64,000 nt of DNA, taken from contig CALVMC010000001.1 in NCBI GenBank assembly GCA_944342015.1, positions 327,645-391,644 on the forward strand, read 5' to 3'. This DNA is from an uncultured Clostridia bacterium. Lineage in GTDB: Bacteria > Bacillota > Clostridia > Christensenellales > CALVMC01. The position numbers were made by a program, and so were the translations under genes. Below, piece after piece: positions 37,599-49,400 of the stretch (position 1 is the stretch's first letter; the number at the start of each line of letters is the position of its first letter). A model generated the notes under the pieces. That model had not been told where the DNA came from. It did no database searches and saw nothing but the letters and a program-made list of their open reading frames with translations.

Positions 37599-38366
37599 TT
37601 ACGACAATTTTTTCAAAAACTTTTCTATTTTTAATAAAGTTGCGTCAGCCCAGCTGTAATCGAACATATACTCTCCGTTAAAATTAATTTTATTTTTATT
37701 GACTCCCTTAAACAAACTGTAATAGTCGCAGGAAAGCAATTTAGTATTCAAACTAAGTGCACCCCTTTGAACATTTACAAGTTCCGAACAACCATAAAGC
37801 TTTAAAGTTTTTCTTAAATTCATTACTGCTTTACGGTAAAGAGTTTTTACGTTTTTATCATATTCTTTAAAAGGCCAGAGTATATCGATAGCTTGTTCCA
37901 TAGTAACAAGACCGCCCCTTCTGTCAACAAGAAGAGCAAATAGTTCTTTTGCCTTAGCGCTTACGAACTTCATAATTTCCCCGTCCACGAAGACGTCGAG
38001 TCTTCCGAAAGTTCTTACGAAAATCCTTTTTCTGCTTTCGGGAAAATTTCCTAAAAGAGAAAAAATTTCTTTTAACGCATTTTCTTCTATCGGATAAAGA
38101 AGATAAGCGGATACCATTTTGTTAGTTATCAAGAAACCCGAATCCGAAGAAACGATGCAAACTATTTTTGTATTCATAAAATCCTTATAGATAGATTTTA
38201 TTAAATTTACATCATAATCGATTACAACAAAATCGATATCGTTCAGGTTCAGATACTCCATAAATTCGGTATTGTCATAGAACCCGCAAACACATTCCAC
38301 ATCGTGTAGATTTTTACATAAAGCTTTAATTTCATTATCGTATTGACAGTTAGAAACAAATTTCAT
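37599..38366 (-). CDS. SARP/OmpR-type winged-helix regulator with degenerate receiver-like N-terminal domain (COG3947-like)
   Basis: FGRLDVFVDGEIMKFVSAKAKELFALLVDRRGGLVTMEQAIDILWP is typical of SARP/BTAD-family DNA-binding domains. The N-terminal half is REC-like but lacks the acidic pair and the conserved Lys. The ATG at 38366 is preceded by AAGGATG. Confidence 0.7.
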   Translation of the reverse strand: MKFVSNCQYDNEIKALCKNLHDVECVCGFYDNTEFMEYLNLNDIDFVVIDYDVNLIKSIYKDFMNTKIVCIVSSDSGFLITNKMVSAYLLYPIEENALKEIFSLLGNFPESRKRIFVRTFGRLDVFVDGEIMKFVSAKAKELFALLVDRRGGLVTMEQAIDILWPFKEYDKNVKTLYRKAVMNLRKTLKLYGCSELVNVQRGALSLNTKLLSCDYYSLFKGVNKNKINFNGEYMFDYSWADATLLKIEKFLKKLS

Positions 38367-38534
38367 ATTTTCATCCTTTAAACAAGACAATATTAAAGCC
38401 CAATTTTAATATATGTCAATTAATATATTTTATGCGCTTATGCAGCGAGCGTAAGGCATAAGCATTTCGACATTTTAGGAAAAAAACGAACACAAAATAG
38501 AATTCTGATAATTTAATTATTAATCTAAAAATTA

Positions 38535-38608
38535 GCGTTCCTGTTGCGTTCCGAAAAAAATCGGTTTTTTTGTAATTTTTTAGATTTTTCGTGTTCCATT
38601 TCCGTTCC
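38535..38608 (-). promoter_or_regulatory. Two pairs of 11-bp-phased heptamer direct repeats upstream of the regulator gene
   Basis: The first pair on the plus strand is GCGTTCC at 38535-38541 and 38546-38552. The second pair is GTGTTCC at 38591-38597 and CCGTTCC at 38602-38608. On the minus strand these read GGAACGG-N4-GGAACAC ... GGAACGC-N4-GGAACGC. A TAGATT -10-like hexamer lies at 38527-38522. Confidence 0.55.
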
Positions 38609-38677
38609 TTTATTAAGGTATATGATAACCGGCATTATAATTTATGAATAAATATATATAACCATAAAATATAATAT

Positions 38678-41600
38678 TTAATTTTCAGATATTTCAGGAT
38701 AAATGAATTTTTCTGAAAAAACCTTCCAATTATCGTTTTGTAAATATAAAGACGCTGTTGCATTATCTATAAATTCTATTTTTTCTATATTTTGAGGTAT
38801 CAGCCCTGTGGGAAAGTCCATAACTTCCTCAGGCAAAGTAATTATAGAATTAATTTTAAGATTTTTAAGATTAATCAATGTTTGGTAATCAACGCCGCTT
38901 GAAAATTCCACTTTATCCCCGAGTTCGATACCGGTTAAAGAATCAAGACCGCAAAATACATCGTTTTCCAAAATCAAACCGTTTTCTGAAATAATGGATA
39001 AGAATTGTAAATTAATTTGATTTGTATCTGAATTTTCACCAAAGAAATAATATATATCCCTTAATATAGAATCGGCACTTGCCTCCGATTTAATTTCAAA
39101 AGGAATTGTTAATGAAATAAGGTCATCGCAATTATAGAATATTCTATTTCCCGCTACGGAAAGAAGTTCAGAAAATACCAAAGTTTCAACAGCAGTGTTT
39201 GAAAAAGCCTGATCCCCTATCGATATCACGTTTTCCAATCCCGTTATAGAAGTGAGCTTCGAGCAATCACTGAAAGCATTTCCCCCTATTTCAGATACAA
39301 ATCCTTCCAAAGCAATTGTAGTTAAATTAACAAAAGAAGAAAAAGCATTTTCGGATAAACTGATTTTCTGCGATTCTGTTCCGTTATTTACCAATGTAAA
39401 CGAAGTCAATGAAACGCTGTTTACTCCGCCGAAATAATAATTAAGCCGTCTTGAAATTTTAGTATCGTTTCCCGCTTCTCTCAAATTTAACGGCGCCGCT
39501 AATGTCGTTACGGAACTGCAACCTTGAAATACCGATGTCCCTAATATTTGCAGCGAAGAAGGCAATACCAGAGATGTAACTCTTGTACAATTTTTAAAGG
39601 CTTGGTTCCCTATTGCCGTAAGTCTTTCTCCGAATGCAAGTGTTGTTATTGCATTACAACCTGAAAAAGCATTTTCATTTATATTTACCGCATCTATATA
39701 AAGCGTATTTAAGGAAGAATATTTTACTCCGTTTTTATCATTTAAAAAGTTAGAAGTTATTGTATCGGCAGAATATATTTCAAGACTTGTTAAATTCAAT
39801 TCCGATACTCCAAATTCCCCAAACCAACTTAAAAGTGTAGGCATATTGTTCCCTGTTCCGAACGCAAAAGGCGCTTTGAATGCGGTAATATTAAAGCAAC
39901 CGTTAAACGGACTTGCCCCGACAGTAAGTGCCGAAAAATCAGTATTGCTTGCAAATGCTACCGATGTAAGTCCCAAACAACCCTTGAAGGCATTATCTCC
40001 TATATCGGTAATATTACTTGAAAAGACGATATTATCGCTCAATGGACAGTTTTCAAAAGCATTGTTACCTATTGAAGTAACAGCCGCAAGTCCTCCGATA
40101 TGATAAAGATTGACGCATCCTTTAAATGCTGAATTACCTATTGATGTAACATAAGACAAATCCACTTCTTCGAGTCCTACACAGTTTTGGAAAGCATTTT
40201 CAGAAATAGTCACCCCGCTCGATGTCAATCCGTTATCAAGGATTGTCAAATCGGTGATATTACTGAAATCAGTAGTCCCGAACAAATGCGTAAGTCCCTT
40301 GAAGGAAGCCGCTGAATTTTGGCTTTCATCTTTAACAACAAAAGGAATAGTCAAGGAATTTATTGTAGTCAGTTTTGAAAGAGCTTTATTATATATTATA
40401 GTTATAGTATCAGGCAAAATTAAAGTTTCCACATTTGTTGCGCCTTTAAAAGTATAATCTGCATTAGAAGTTTCGGAATAAGTAACAGTAGTCAATCCCG
40501 ATAAGACTTCAAGATAAAAAAGTAACGGTAATAAAGTGGCTCCGAAATAATAGCTGAGATTAATATCCGAATAACTTTTTGCAAAAGTACCGCTTGACTC
40601 TGAATATTTTCTGATATTTAAAGGCAAAATCAATTCCGTAACAGAAGCATCTCTGCTTTCGCAAGCAAAAACGCTGTTGCCGAAAAGCACACTACTGCTT
40701 TTAATTTCGATACGACTTAAAGAATAACAGTTATAAAAAGCCTTACTTTTTACGCTATTAATATTTGCCCCTATTTCAAGACCGCTTAGGGAATAACAAT
40801 TCTGAAAAGCTCTTTCGTTTATAATTACATCACTTGCCTTAAATTGTACCGAACCTAATAAATTACAATTTAAAAATGAAGAACTGCCGAAATTTTGAAC
40901 ATTGTCTACATTAAGATTTCGCAAGCTTATACAGTTTTCAAAAGCCGATTCGCCTATTTGAGCTACTCCCACAGCAGAAGATTTGGACAAATTGACATTG
41001 TTTATAGACGCACAATCTTTAAAAGCATATTTACCGATTTTTGTTACAGTATAAGGTAAAATTACATATGAGTCTGAACCTGGAACAGTACCCTGTCCGT
41101 CATAAACTCTTTTAAGTTTTTCACAGCCCTCAAAAAGGCTTTCGGAAATCTCCGTTAAATTATTGTCGCTATAAATATCATAAAGCAAGTCGACTTCGAC
41201 AAGAGCGGTGCAATTTTTAAAAGCCGAACTGCCTATAACCGACACGGAAGCAGGAACGGAAAGACTTTCTATCGATGAGCAATTCAAGAATGCTTCTTTT
41301 CCTATTGAAGAGAGCTGATTTCCGAACACGATATCTGATAACGATACGCAATTTGAAAAAACTCCGTTTTTAATAGTGACTATATTATTGAGATTTACCG
41401 TTTCGAGCAAACTGCAATTAGAAAATAAATTATTTTCAAGTGTGGTAATCTGACTCGGAATATTAATTTGAGTAATAGGTAAATTTTCAAAGGTACCTTC
41501 TTTAATTTCAGTAAGACTCGAAGGCAAAATTATTTCGGCAATAGTATTTATTTTTATGTAGTTATTTTCGTTTCCCACCGATAAACTGCTTTTTTCTAAA

Positions 41601-43381
41601 ACTTGCAGATTGAATACCGTTAACGACAGCAGCGAAGGAACGGTATCGCCGAAAAAGTAATACAAACCTGTTTCCGATAAATTAGCGTCATAAGAGATTT
41701 GATGGTTTAAAAGAGCGACTGCTGACGATTGAGCCGGCGATGAGCCTGCATCATTTACGACTTTAAACGAAAGGGCTAAATTTTCAATACCCGCACAATT
41801 TTTAAAGACATTTTGTTTTATATTGACCAGAGTTTCAGGCAACAATATTTCGGTAAGCGATATTGCGTCCCAAAATGCTCCTTCGCCTAAATATGATAAT
41901 TTATCGAGACGGTTAATGTTTCCGATTCCTGTAAGATATTTTAAATTGATACAATTCTGAAAAGCATAATCGCCTATAATCTCAATATCGGACAGATTTA
42001 TGCTGTCGACAAGTGTAAAATCCTTAAAGGTTTCATTTTCAATAGAATTAACGCTTTCAGAAAAAGTTATGCTTTTCACCGAAGTAAATTTAACATTATT
42101 ATTATCTGTGTCGGTATATGAAAAGAATAACGGTGAAATGTAATTTAAATCGGTATTAACATTCAGATTAATAGAAAATAAATCACTTGCACTGTCGCCG
42201 AAATAGTTTTCGAAAGTTACAGCATTATTAAGATATAAAGAAATATTTTTTAAAGAAACACAATTATAAAGAATTTTATCTCCAATATCCGTTGCGTTTC
42301 CGACATCGAAACTTGTAAGAGAAATACAATCTTTAAATGCGCCGTCTCCTATTATTGCCACGCTGTCGGGAACGGTAAACGATCGAAGATTGCTAAATCC
42401 TTCGAATGTATATTGATCAATTTGAGTCACGGTTTCGGGCAAGGTAACGGCTCTTACATTCTGCCCTAACTTATACTGATTATTTTCCCCGTAATAAAAA
42501 ATATCCTGATTGATTGAATCTATTTTTCCGTTGATAACCAAGGTATTTATTGCCGTCAATTTCATTGAATTTTTAAATATATTTGCAGGAGTTTGGGAAT
42601 TTGTGAAATCGGCTTCGAGATAGGTTAATTTATTGCAATTTGAAAAGGCTCCCTCTCCTACTGTGGTATCGGAAGGTAAAGTCAATTGAGTTAAAGCGCT
42701 GTACTGAAAAGCGTATGCGCCAATATTATCAACAGAATCGCCGAATTCAAAAGAAGTTAATTTTACACAGTTATAAAATGCTTGATCGCCTATTGAAACA
42801 AGGGAGGCCGGCGTATTTACGGAAATAAGGACGCTGCAATTCATAAAAGCGCTGTTTCCGATACGGGTGACCGAATCCGGAAGCGTGACCGAATATAAAT
42901 ATTTATTTTTAAAAGCTCCTTCTCCTATTTCGGTAACGGGAAATCCTTGTATTGTATTCGGTATTGTCAGTGTTTGAGAAGTATAAAAATTATTTAAGCC
43001 GGTAACAGTTACGCAATTATCCTGAACGGTATAAATAAGACTGTTATAGACGGCAGGGTCAACCACACTGTATTTTATGTCCAATGTAATACCCTCATAG
43101 GTAATTGTCATTGTTTTTGAGCCTTCCGTCAGAGTATTGAATCCCGTTATCATTTTTTCGTCGAGATAAACAAATCCGATACTTCCGTCTTCATAGAATA
43201 AATTTAGCTTAATCCCGTCAAGATTTAACTCTTCGCCCAAAACAAAATCCGTCTTAAAGTCATCGCCCACACTGATAGAGGAAATAAAAACATTTTTTTT
43301 CTCCACATTACAAGCGCATAAACTTAATAAGGATAAGACAAATGCAACTGCTACTATTATTATTTTTTTAAAGCTTTTCAT
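38678..43381 (-). CDS. Giant BspA-type leucine-rich-repeat (LRR_5-like) surface lipoprotein, 1567 aa
   Basis: Signal peptide with lipobox (LLSLCAC), an N-terminal Ig-like domain (ITGFNTLTEGSKTMTITYEGITLDIKYSV), then dozens of IGxxAFxxCxxLxS(I/V) repeats. Confidence 0.85.
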   Translation of the reverse strand: MKSFKKIIIVAVAFVLSLLSLCACNVEKKNVFISSISVGDDFKTDFVLGEELNLDGIKLNLFYEDGSIGFVYLDEKMITGFNTLTEGSKTMTITYEGITLDIKYSVVDPAVYNSLIYTVQDNCVTVTGLNNFYTSQTLTIPNTIQGFPVTEIGEGAFKNKYLYSVTLPDSVTRIGNSAFMNCSVLISVNTPASLVSIGDQAFYNCVKLTSFEFGDSVDNIGAYAFQYSALTQLTLPSDTTVGEGAFSNCNKLTYLEADFTNSQTPANIFKNSMKLTAINTLVINGKIDSINQDIFYYGENNQYKLGQNVRAVTLPETVTQIDQYTFEGFSNLRSFTVPDSVAIIGDGAFKDCISLTSFDVGNATDIGDKILYNCVSLKNISLYLNNAVTFENYFGDSASDLFSINLNVNTDLNYISPLFFSYTDTDNNNVKFTSVKSITFSESVNSIENETFKDFTLVDSINLSDIEIIGDYAFQNCINLKYLTGIGNINRLDKLSYLGEGAFWDAISLTEILLPETLVNIKQNVFKNCAGIENLALSFKVVNDAGSSPAQSSAVALLNHQISYDANLSETGLYYFFGDTVPSLLSLTVFNLQVLEKSSLSVGNENNYIKINTIAEIILPSSLTEIKEGTFENLPITQINIPSQITTLENNLFSNCSLLETVNLNNIVTIKNGVFSNCVSLSDIVFGNQLSSIGKEAFLNCSSIESLSVPASVSVIGSSAFKNCTALVEVDLLYDIYSDNNLTEISESLFEGCEKLKRVYDGQGTVPGSDSYVILPYTVTKIGKYAFKDCASINNVNLSKSSAVGVAQIGESAFENCISLRNLNVDNVQNFGSSSFLNCNLLGSVQFKASDVIINERAFQNCYSLSGLEIGANINSVKSKAFYNCYSLSRIEIKSSSVLFGNSVFACESRDASVTELILPLNIRKYSESSGTFAKSYSDINLSYYFGATLLPLLFYLEVLSGLTTVTYSETSNADYTFKGATNVETLILPDTITIIYNKALSKLTTINSLTIPFVVKDESQNSAASFKGLTHLFGTTDFSNITDLTILDNGLTSSGVTISENAFQNCVGLEEVDLSYVTSIGNSAFKGCVNLYHIGGLAAVTSIGNNAFENCPLSDNIVFSSNITDIGDNAFKGCLGLTSVAFASNTDFSALTVGASPFNGCFNITAFKAPFAFGTGNNMPTLLSWFGEFGVSELNLTSLEIYSADTITSNFLNDKNGVKYSSLNTLYIDAVNINENAFSGCNAITTLAFGERLTAIGNQAFKNCTRVTSLVLPSSLQILGTSVFQGCSSVTTLAAPLNLREAGNDTKISRRLNYYFGGVNSVSLTSFTLVNNGTESQKISLSENAFSSFVNLTTIALEGFVSEIGGNAFSDCSKLTSITGLENVISIGDQAFSNTAVETLVFSELLSVAGNRIFYNCDDLISLTIPFEIKSEASADSILRDIYYFFGENSDTNQINLQFLSIISENGLILENDVFCGLDSLTGIELGDKVEFSSGVDYQTLINLKNLKINSIITLPEEVMDFPTGLIPQNIEKIEFIDNATASLYLQNDNWKVFSEKFIYPEISEN

Positions 43382-43404
43382 ATGTTCGTCCTATTTATTT
43401 TTAT

Positions 43405-46400
43405 TTATACATTTTCAATAGAATTTGAACTGTTTGTGACTGTATAATTTCTTTTATATTTGTCGCCAAATACCGCCAATTCGCTTTTTAATTGTGCATT
43501 CGGCGAAAGATTGATAATATACAATAAAGGCAATTTTTCACCATACTTAGCCAATTCGCCGATATAATCGGAAGGATACTTAGTCAAGCAAGGCAAATAA
43601 ATAGTACACTTATAACTTAACTCATTAAAAGGAACATCTGTAAGAGTCAAATCGGCATTTACATTAATTTTAATTTGAGTAAAACTATGAACGCCTTCAA
43701 ATACTCCCGTTCCCAATGTAAGGGCAGAATTAAATGTAAGATCCGATAAAGAGGTACAACCCTTAAAAGCATTGTTTTTAATTTCCGTAATGCTGCTTGG
43801 TAAATTAATCGAAGTAAGAGAAGTACAACCTTCGAAGGAATTGTACCCTATAATCTGAATAGAACCATTTAAGGTAACGGAAGCAAGTGCTGTACAATTT
43901 AAAAATGCAAAATCTCCCAAATAATTAAGAGTGGTTTGAGTCAAATTAAAAACTACTGTTGTAATCAAATTATTGTTTGAAAAGGCGTCCTTGCCCAAAG
44001 AAGTAATACTGTTAAACTGCAATGTGAAATTTGAAGACTCGTTGGTTGTCGCAGTTTCATTACCGTTTTCAGTAGAATTAAATGCATTCTTAAAAGCATA
44101 ATCTCCTATGGACACGATATTATCGAAATTAATTGCACTTTGAAGTTTTGTGTTTCCGAACGCATTCTCTCCAATATTTTTAACAGATGACGGCAAACCG
44201 AATTTATCCTTTTGATCAACTGAATCATAGTATAACACTTTTGAAAGTTTTACTGCGTTGTAAAATGCATTTGACGAAATACTTGTCAAAGCGCTATTTC
44301 CACCGAAATTAACAGAAGTCAGACTGTCACAATTTTCAAATACATTTGTTCCCAACGAACTTACCGAACTTAAATTTATCGAAGTTATATTCGAGCCGTT
44401 GAAAGCATTGTTACCGATAGATTGAACGGTATTTTTCAAAGTAACGGTTCCCAATAAATCAATATCCTTAAAAGCGTCGTTTATTACGGAAGCACCTACA
44501 ATAGTAATATTAATTAAATTTGGATTGCTCTCTTCTCCACTCGCTGAAACGGCAGAACTTAAAGTTAAATAATCCGATAATTTATATACTGAAAAATCGG
44601 CGGTAAAATCGGTAATCGCGCTGCATCCGTCAAAAATCTGAGCATTTGTGCCGGGTGTTGCAGCTACTATTGTAGTATTTTGCGAATTAAGAACAACGGT
44701 TTTTAAATCGGTGCAGTTTCTGAATGAATAATCCCCTATATTTAAATCAGAACCGCTGATATTAATTGACTCGATAGAAGAACCTTCAAAAGACCAATGG
44801 TTAAGATTGACATTCCCTATTAATTTCAAATCAAGTATTGCGCTCCCTGCAAAAGCCGACCAACCTATTGTGGAATTATCTTGAAAGACCACAGTAAACT
44901 TTGTTCCATACAAACTGAAACCCGACGGCTGATACTGATAGAATGCCTGATTTTTCACATTTGTCGAAGTTATTTCGAATTCGGTAAAATGAGCGACGCT
45001 TGTAAAGTATGCGGAAGATGAACCTTGAAGATTTTTCGTATCGAAAGGCGCAATTAACTTTATAAGGTTAGTGCAATTTTTGAAAATGTAATTTTCGTCA
45101 GAACTTGACCCGAAATTTATTGAATTAGTTGAACCTGTAACGGCAATTTCAAGTTGAGTAATAGCGGTGCACTCAGCAAAAGCAAGACTTCCAAAAGTCG
45201 CTAATGAAAGAGCTGCGGGAATTATAAGTCGTATAGAATAAGCGGAATTTTGCTCGCCTCTTACAAAAGACTTATAGAAAGCTTGATTTCCAAGTGATGT
45301 TAAAGAAGTGAGATTGAGATAGATTATTGCGTTTTGATTAGGTTCAGAATTTCCGCCGTCCCCCGTGCCATTATCGCTTGTTGCTTCCGCCGAATTAACG
45401 GTTAGTTGTATAGCGGTTTCATAGAAGGCTTTTTCGCCTAAATTTTTAATATTTTGCAAACAGGTATTAGATATGCTGAGACTGTCGATATTTGCAAACG
45501 CACTTGCCCCGACGGTTTCGACATTTGTTAAATCTACCGAAGTTAAAGCCGTTCCTTTAAATGCGTTTGCACCTATTTCTGTAACGCTTCCTAAATTGAC
45601 AGTAGTTAAACTGCTGCAACCTTCAAATGCGCTTGCTTTAACCGAATTTCCTATAAGTATTATTTCAATCAAACTATTTGGTATGGAAGAAGTATCTCCT
45701 GAAATAAAGTAATTCGTGAGTATTTTATCTGAAAAATCAGCAGTCAATTTTTGAAGAGAAGAGCAACCTGAAAGCACACCTGTGCCTAATGTGATATTTG
45801 ATTTACTGAAAATGATTTCAGTAATTCCGTCGCAGTTTTTAAAAGCATTATCTCCTATATTTGTAGCACTGGTAAGCGTTAACTTATAACCGGAAGGATT
45901 TCCTGTCAATTTAATTGCGCTTTCAAACGCACCTGCTCCGATAGTCACGACATTTGTCAAATCAAACGAAGTCAAAGCCGTTCCCTTAAATGTGTTTGCG
46001 CCTATTTCGGTAACGCCGCCTAAATAAACGGTAGTTAAACTGCTGCAACCTTCAAATGCGCTTTGACCGATAAAAGTATAAGCAAAATTATAATCCCCCT
46101 GTTTTTCCAGAGAAGTTATTTCGTCACAGCCGTAGAAAGCGAACTGCCCTATTGAAGTAATGCTGTAAGGCAAAGTGATTCCATTTAAACTTTGACAGTT
46201 ATAAAAAGCATATTCTCCCACCGATTCAACGGCTAAATTCATACCTTGCGGGAAAATAATATTTTCAAGATTTACACAATTGTAAAACATATACGGCGAA
46301 TATGCATTTATATTGGTTTCCAAAGTAAGTTTCTTAATGGAAGAGCCTGCGAAAATAAAGTTGTTTAAAGTAACCTTGGAATTACTGCCGCCTATTGTAA

Positions 46401-49400
46401 CTTCGGCTTCGTCAGCGTCCAAACCTATGAAGGCAGCGGCACAAACAACATTTCCCAAAGTAGTGATTTTTTGGACATTGAAAGTCTTGTCGTTTAAAGT
46501 AGTAATTATATCTGAAATATTTTGAGAGGAAATCTCTTCGACCTCTTCTCCGTAATACTCGGCAAGCGTCATAGTGTTAAAAGGTGCCGTAAGTTCGGTA
46601 AGAGAATTTGCGCCGTTAATTAACCCTGTTCCGAACCCTGCGGAAGACACGGCGTTTATAACAATCTTAGAAAGCAAAGTACAGCCTTTGAATACATTGT
46701 TTCCCAATTGATCTGTGTTCTGAGAAAGATTGAACTCAATAGCGGCATTATCGGCGACGCAAACTGCATTTTCGAATGCGCTGTCGCCTATCGAAACAAG
46801 ATTATCGGGAAATTTTAAAACTTCGCTGACGGTGTCCGTCCCTGTTAATGTAACGACTTTTTTAAGATTATTGATATTAGAAAAAGCATTTGTTCCGATT
46901 GAAAATCCCGAAGCGCCCTCTCCTTTGAATTCAATTTTTTCTACTCCCTTTATATTTGCGAAAGCAAAATTACCTATGGAAAGTATTTCTGAATGGAAGG
47001 TAATTTTTTTAATATTCTCGAAATTATTCGTACCCTTATCATTGTCCGCATCGAGATTGAAAGCATTTGCGCCGATACTGCTTATAGCATACCCTGAAAC
47101 GGTAGCCGATAAATCTATAAAGCCTTCGGTGGAAACGCCTATCTGTGAACTTGCAGGAGCGAAATATTTAAGGTTATAGCAATTTTTGAAAGCGTTGTAA
47201 TCTATTGTTCTGAGTTTCGAATCTGCCTGTGAGGTTCCGCCGTATAAAACTTTTTCAAGAGAAATACAATTTTCAAAAGCGCCGTAATTGATGACTTCTA
47301 TATCGGAATCTATGGTTACGGTAGTAACGGTAGTATTTCCCTTTAAAGCTTCGAATTTAATGAACTTGGAATTACCGAAAGGAATAATATTAACGGTGGT
47401 AATTTTGGTAGACATACTTCCCGATTTAAAATAAGATTTGTTAACGTTACTTCCGCTAGTTGCATTATTTTCGGAGAGCAAACTCAATTCGGCAAAAGGA
47501 GCCGTTAATTCCTCGATATTGGTGCAACCGTTAATAATCTTATCGCCGATACTTGTAATGCCGTGAGAAAGTTCGAATGAAGTCAAGCTCAAATTATCGG
47601 AAAATACAAAGTTGCCTATCGAAGTAACATTAGAAAGATTTACGGTAGAAAAAGCATTTTTTGCAAGAGAGTAATCGAAAAGCGTGGTAAGCTTCGAAGG
47701 AAGTTCTGCGCTATAAGAGGTAGCAATACCTGAAATAATAGAAAATTTAGTTAACGAAGAACAACCGTAAAAAGCATAACCGTAAAAAGCGGAAACATTG
47801 CTGTCCTGACCGAATTTGATCTCGGTCAGAGAAGAACATTTATAGAAAGCATATTCGGGAATGGAAGTTAAAACATCGGGAACCGAAAAATAATTCGAAC
47901 CTGAATCCTGTTGTGTATTCCCTATCAAAGAAGAACAGTTGGCAAAAGCATAAGCTCCGATACCGTTATTTGCGGTAACTGCTGAAATATCTATAAACCG
48001 AACAGAGCTGCAACCTGCAAAAGCCTTTGAAGTTACGGAAGAACTTTTAACGACAATATCGGTAAGTTTATTATATTGCGAATATAAATCCGTTGCGCTT
48101 AAAAGCTGAGAGGAAGAGGAAGGAACGGTTACATTAAAGTAATCTCCCAAGGTTTTTGAATTGAACGGAGCCGTAAAACTTTCAATATTGTAACACCCTG
48201 CAAAAGCGTTTGAAGAGATACCCGAATCGGAAGAAACATTCAAAATTATTTCTTTAACATTAGAGCAATTATTAAAAGCATTTGCGCCGATAGTCAAAGC
48301 GTCAGATTTTAAATCTATAACAAACTGAGCGTTTTCTAAATTACTCGGTTTTACGAAGGCACCTGAAAAAGCATTTGTTTCGATAGAAGTAACCTGAGTT
48401 CCGAAAACGAAACTGTTAAGACTGCCCGTATTTTTAAATGCGCTGTCTTTTATCGTACTGACTCGTGACGGGAAATTATTATCTTGCACTTGCGCATTCG
48501 GTAACAATTCTGCAAATACCGATAACTGACTGCAATTCAAAAAGGCATTTTTGGGAATTTCCGTTAACATTATTTGCGAGTTGAAATAAACGGAAGTAAG
48601 CAAACTTGAATTTTCGAATGCGCCTTCGCCTAACGAAGAAAGGGAATCGGGAAGTAAAAAGTTAATTAAAGCTGTATTATAAAAAGCCTGAGCCCCTATT
48701 TGAGATACGGAAGAAGGAACCGAATTGAGAGAATTTTGACCTTCGTCCTGGGTATCCGAAAGGCTCGAAAGCGTGCCGTTGTTTGTTGTTTCGTATACAG
48801 AAGCAAGTTTCAAATCGTTATAAAAAGCTTTATCCCCTATGGAAGTAATATTAAAGTTGCTACTTGCCCCCGAAGAAAATTTATCGAAGACAACAGTTGT
48901 CAGATTCTGACAATTTTGAAAAGCAGCCGAACAAATTGTAGTAACCGAAGAAGGAATATTGACATTTACGAGATTGGAGCAATTTTTAAAAACTCCGATA
49001 CCGATAGTTTTAATTCCGTGAGAAAGTTCTATATTCTGCAAATTATTCATGGCACTGAAAATATTCTGTTCTTCGGTGGCACTTCCTATTATTTCCAAGG
49101 AACCCGGAAGAACGACTTCTTGCAATTTATTTTGCAAAGCTATGTACAATTGAGAGCCGGTATCGGAAGGGTCGTTGAAAATATCGATAGTAAATTCAGT
49201 CAACCCCTCACGAATAATAAGTGTTTCCAAGGCGATAGTCTGAGTTGAAGTAACAATATTCTCAAAGTAATCGTAAAGAGTAAAGTTAACGCTTTCGCTG
49301 TAAATTGTTCCTGTAAAAGGAGCTTCCAAAGTTTTAAGCGAGGTAAGATTTTTAAGGGCGCCGGGAACGAGATTAAAATCTGAATCCGATCCGATTTCTT

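Noticed and set aside
38436-38463. GC-rich hairpin GCTTATGC-N12-GCATAAGC in the leader region of the regulator gene.
   Set aside because: It is not followed by a U-tract on either strand and matches no riboswitch or sRNA family I recognise. It may be a leader structure, but I cannot assign a function.
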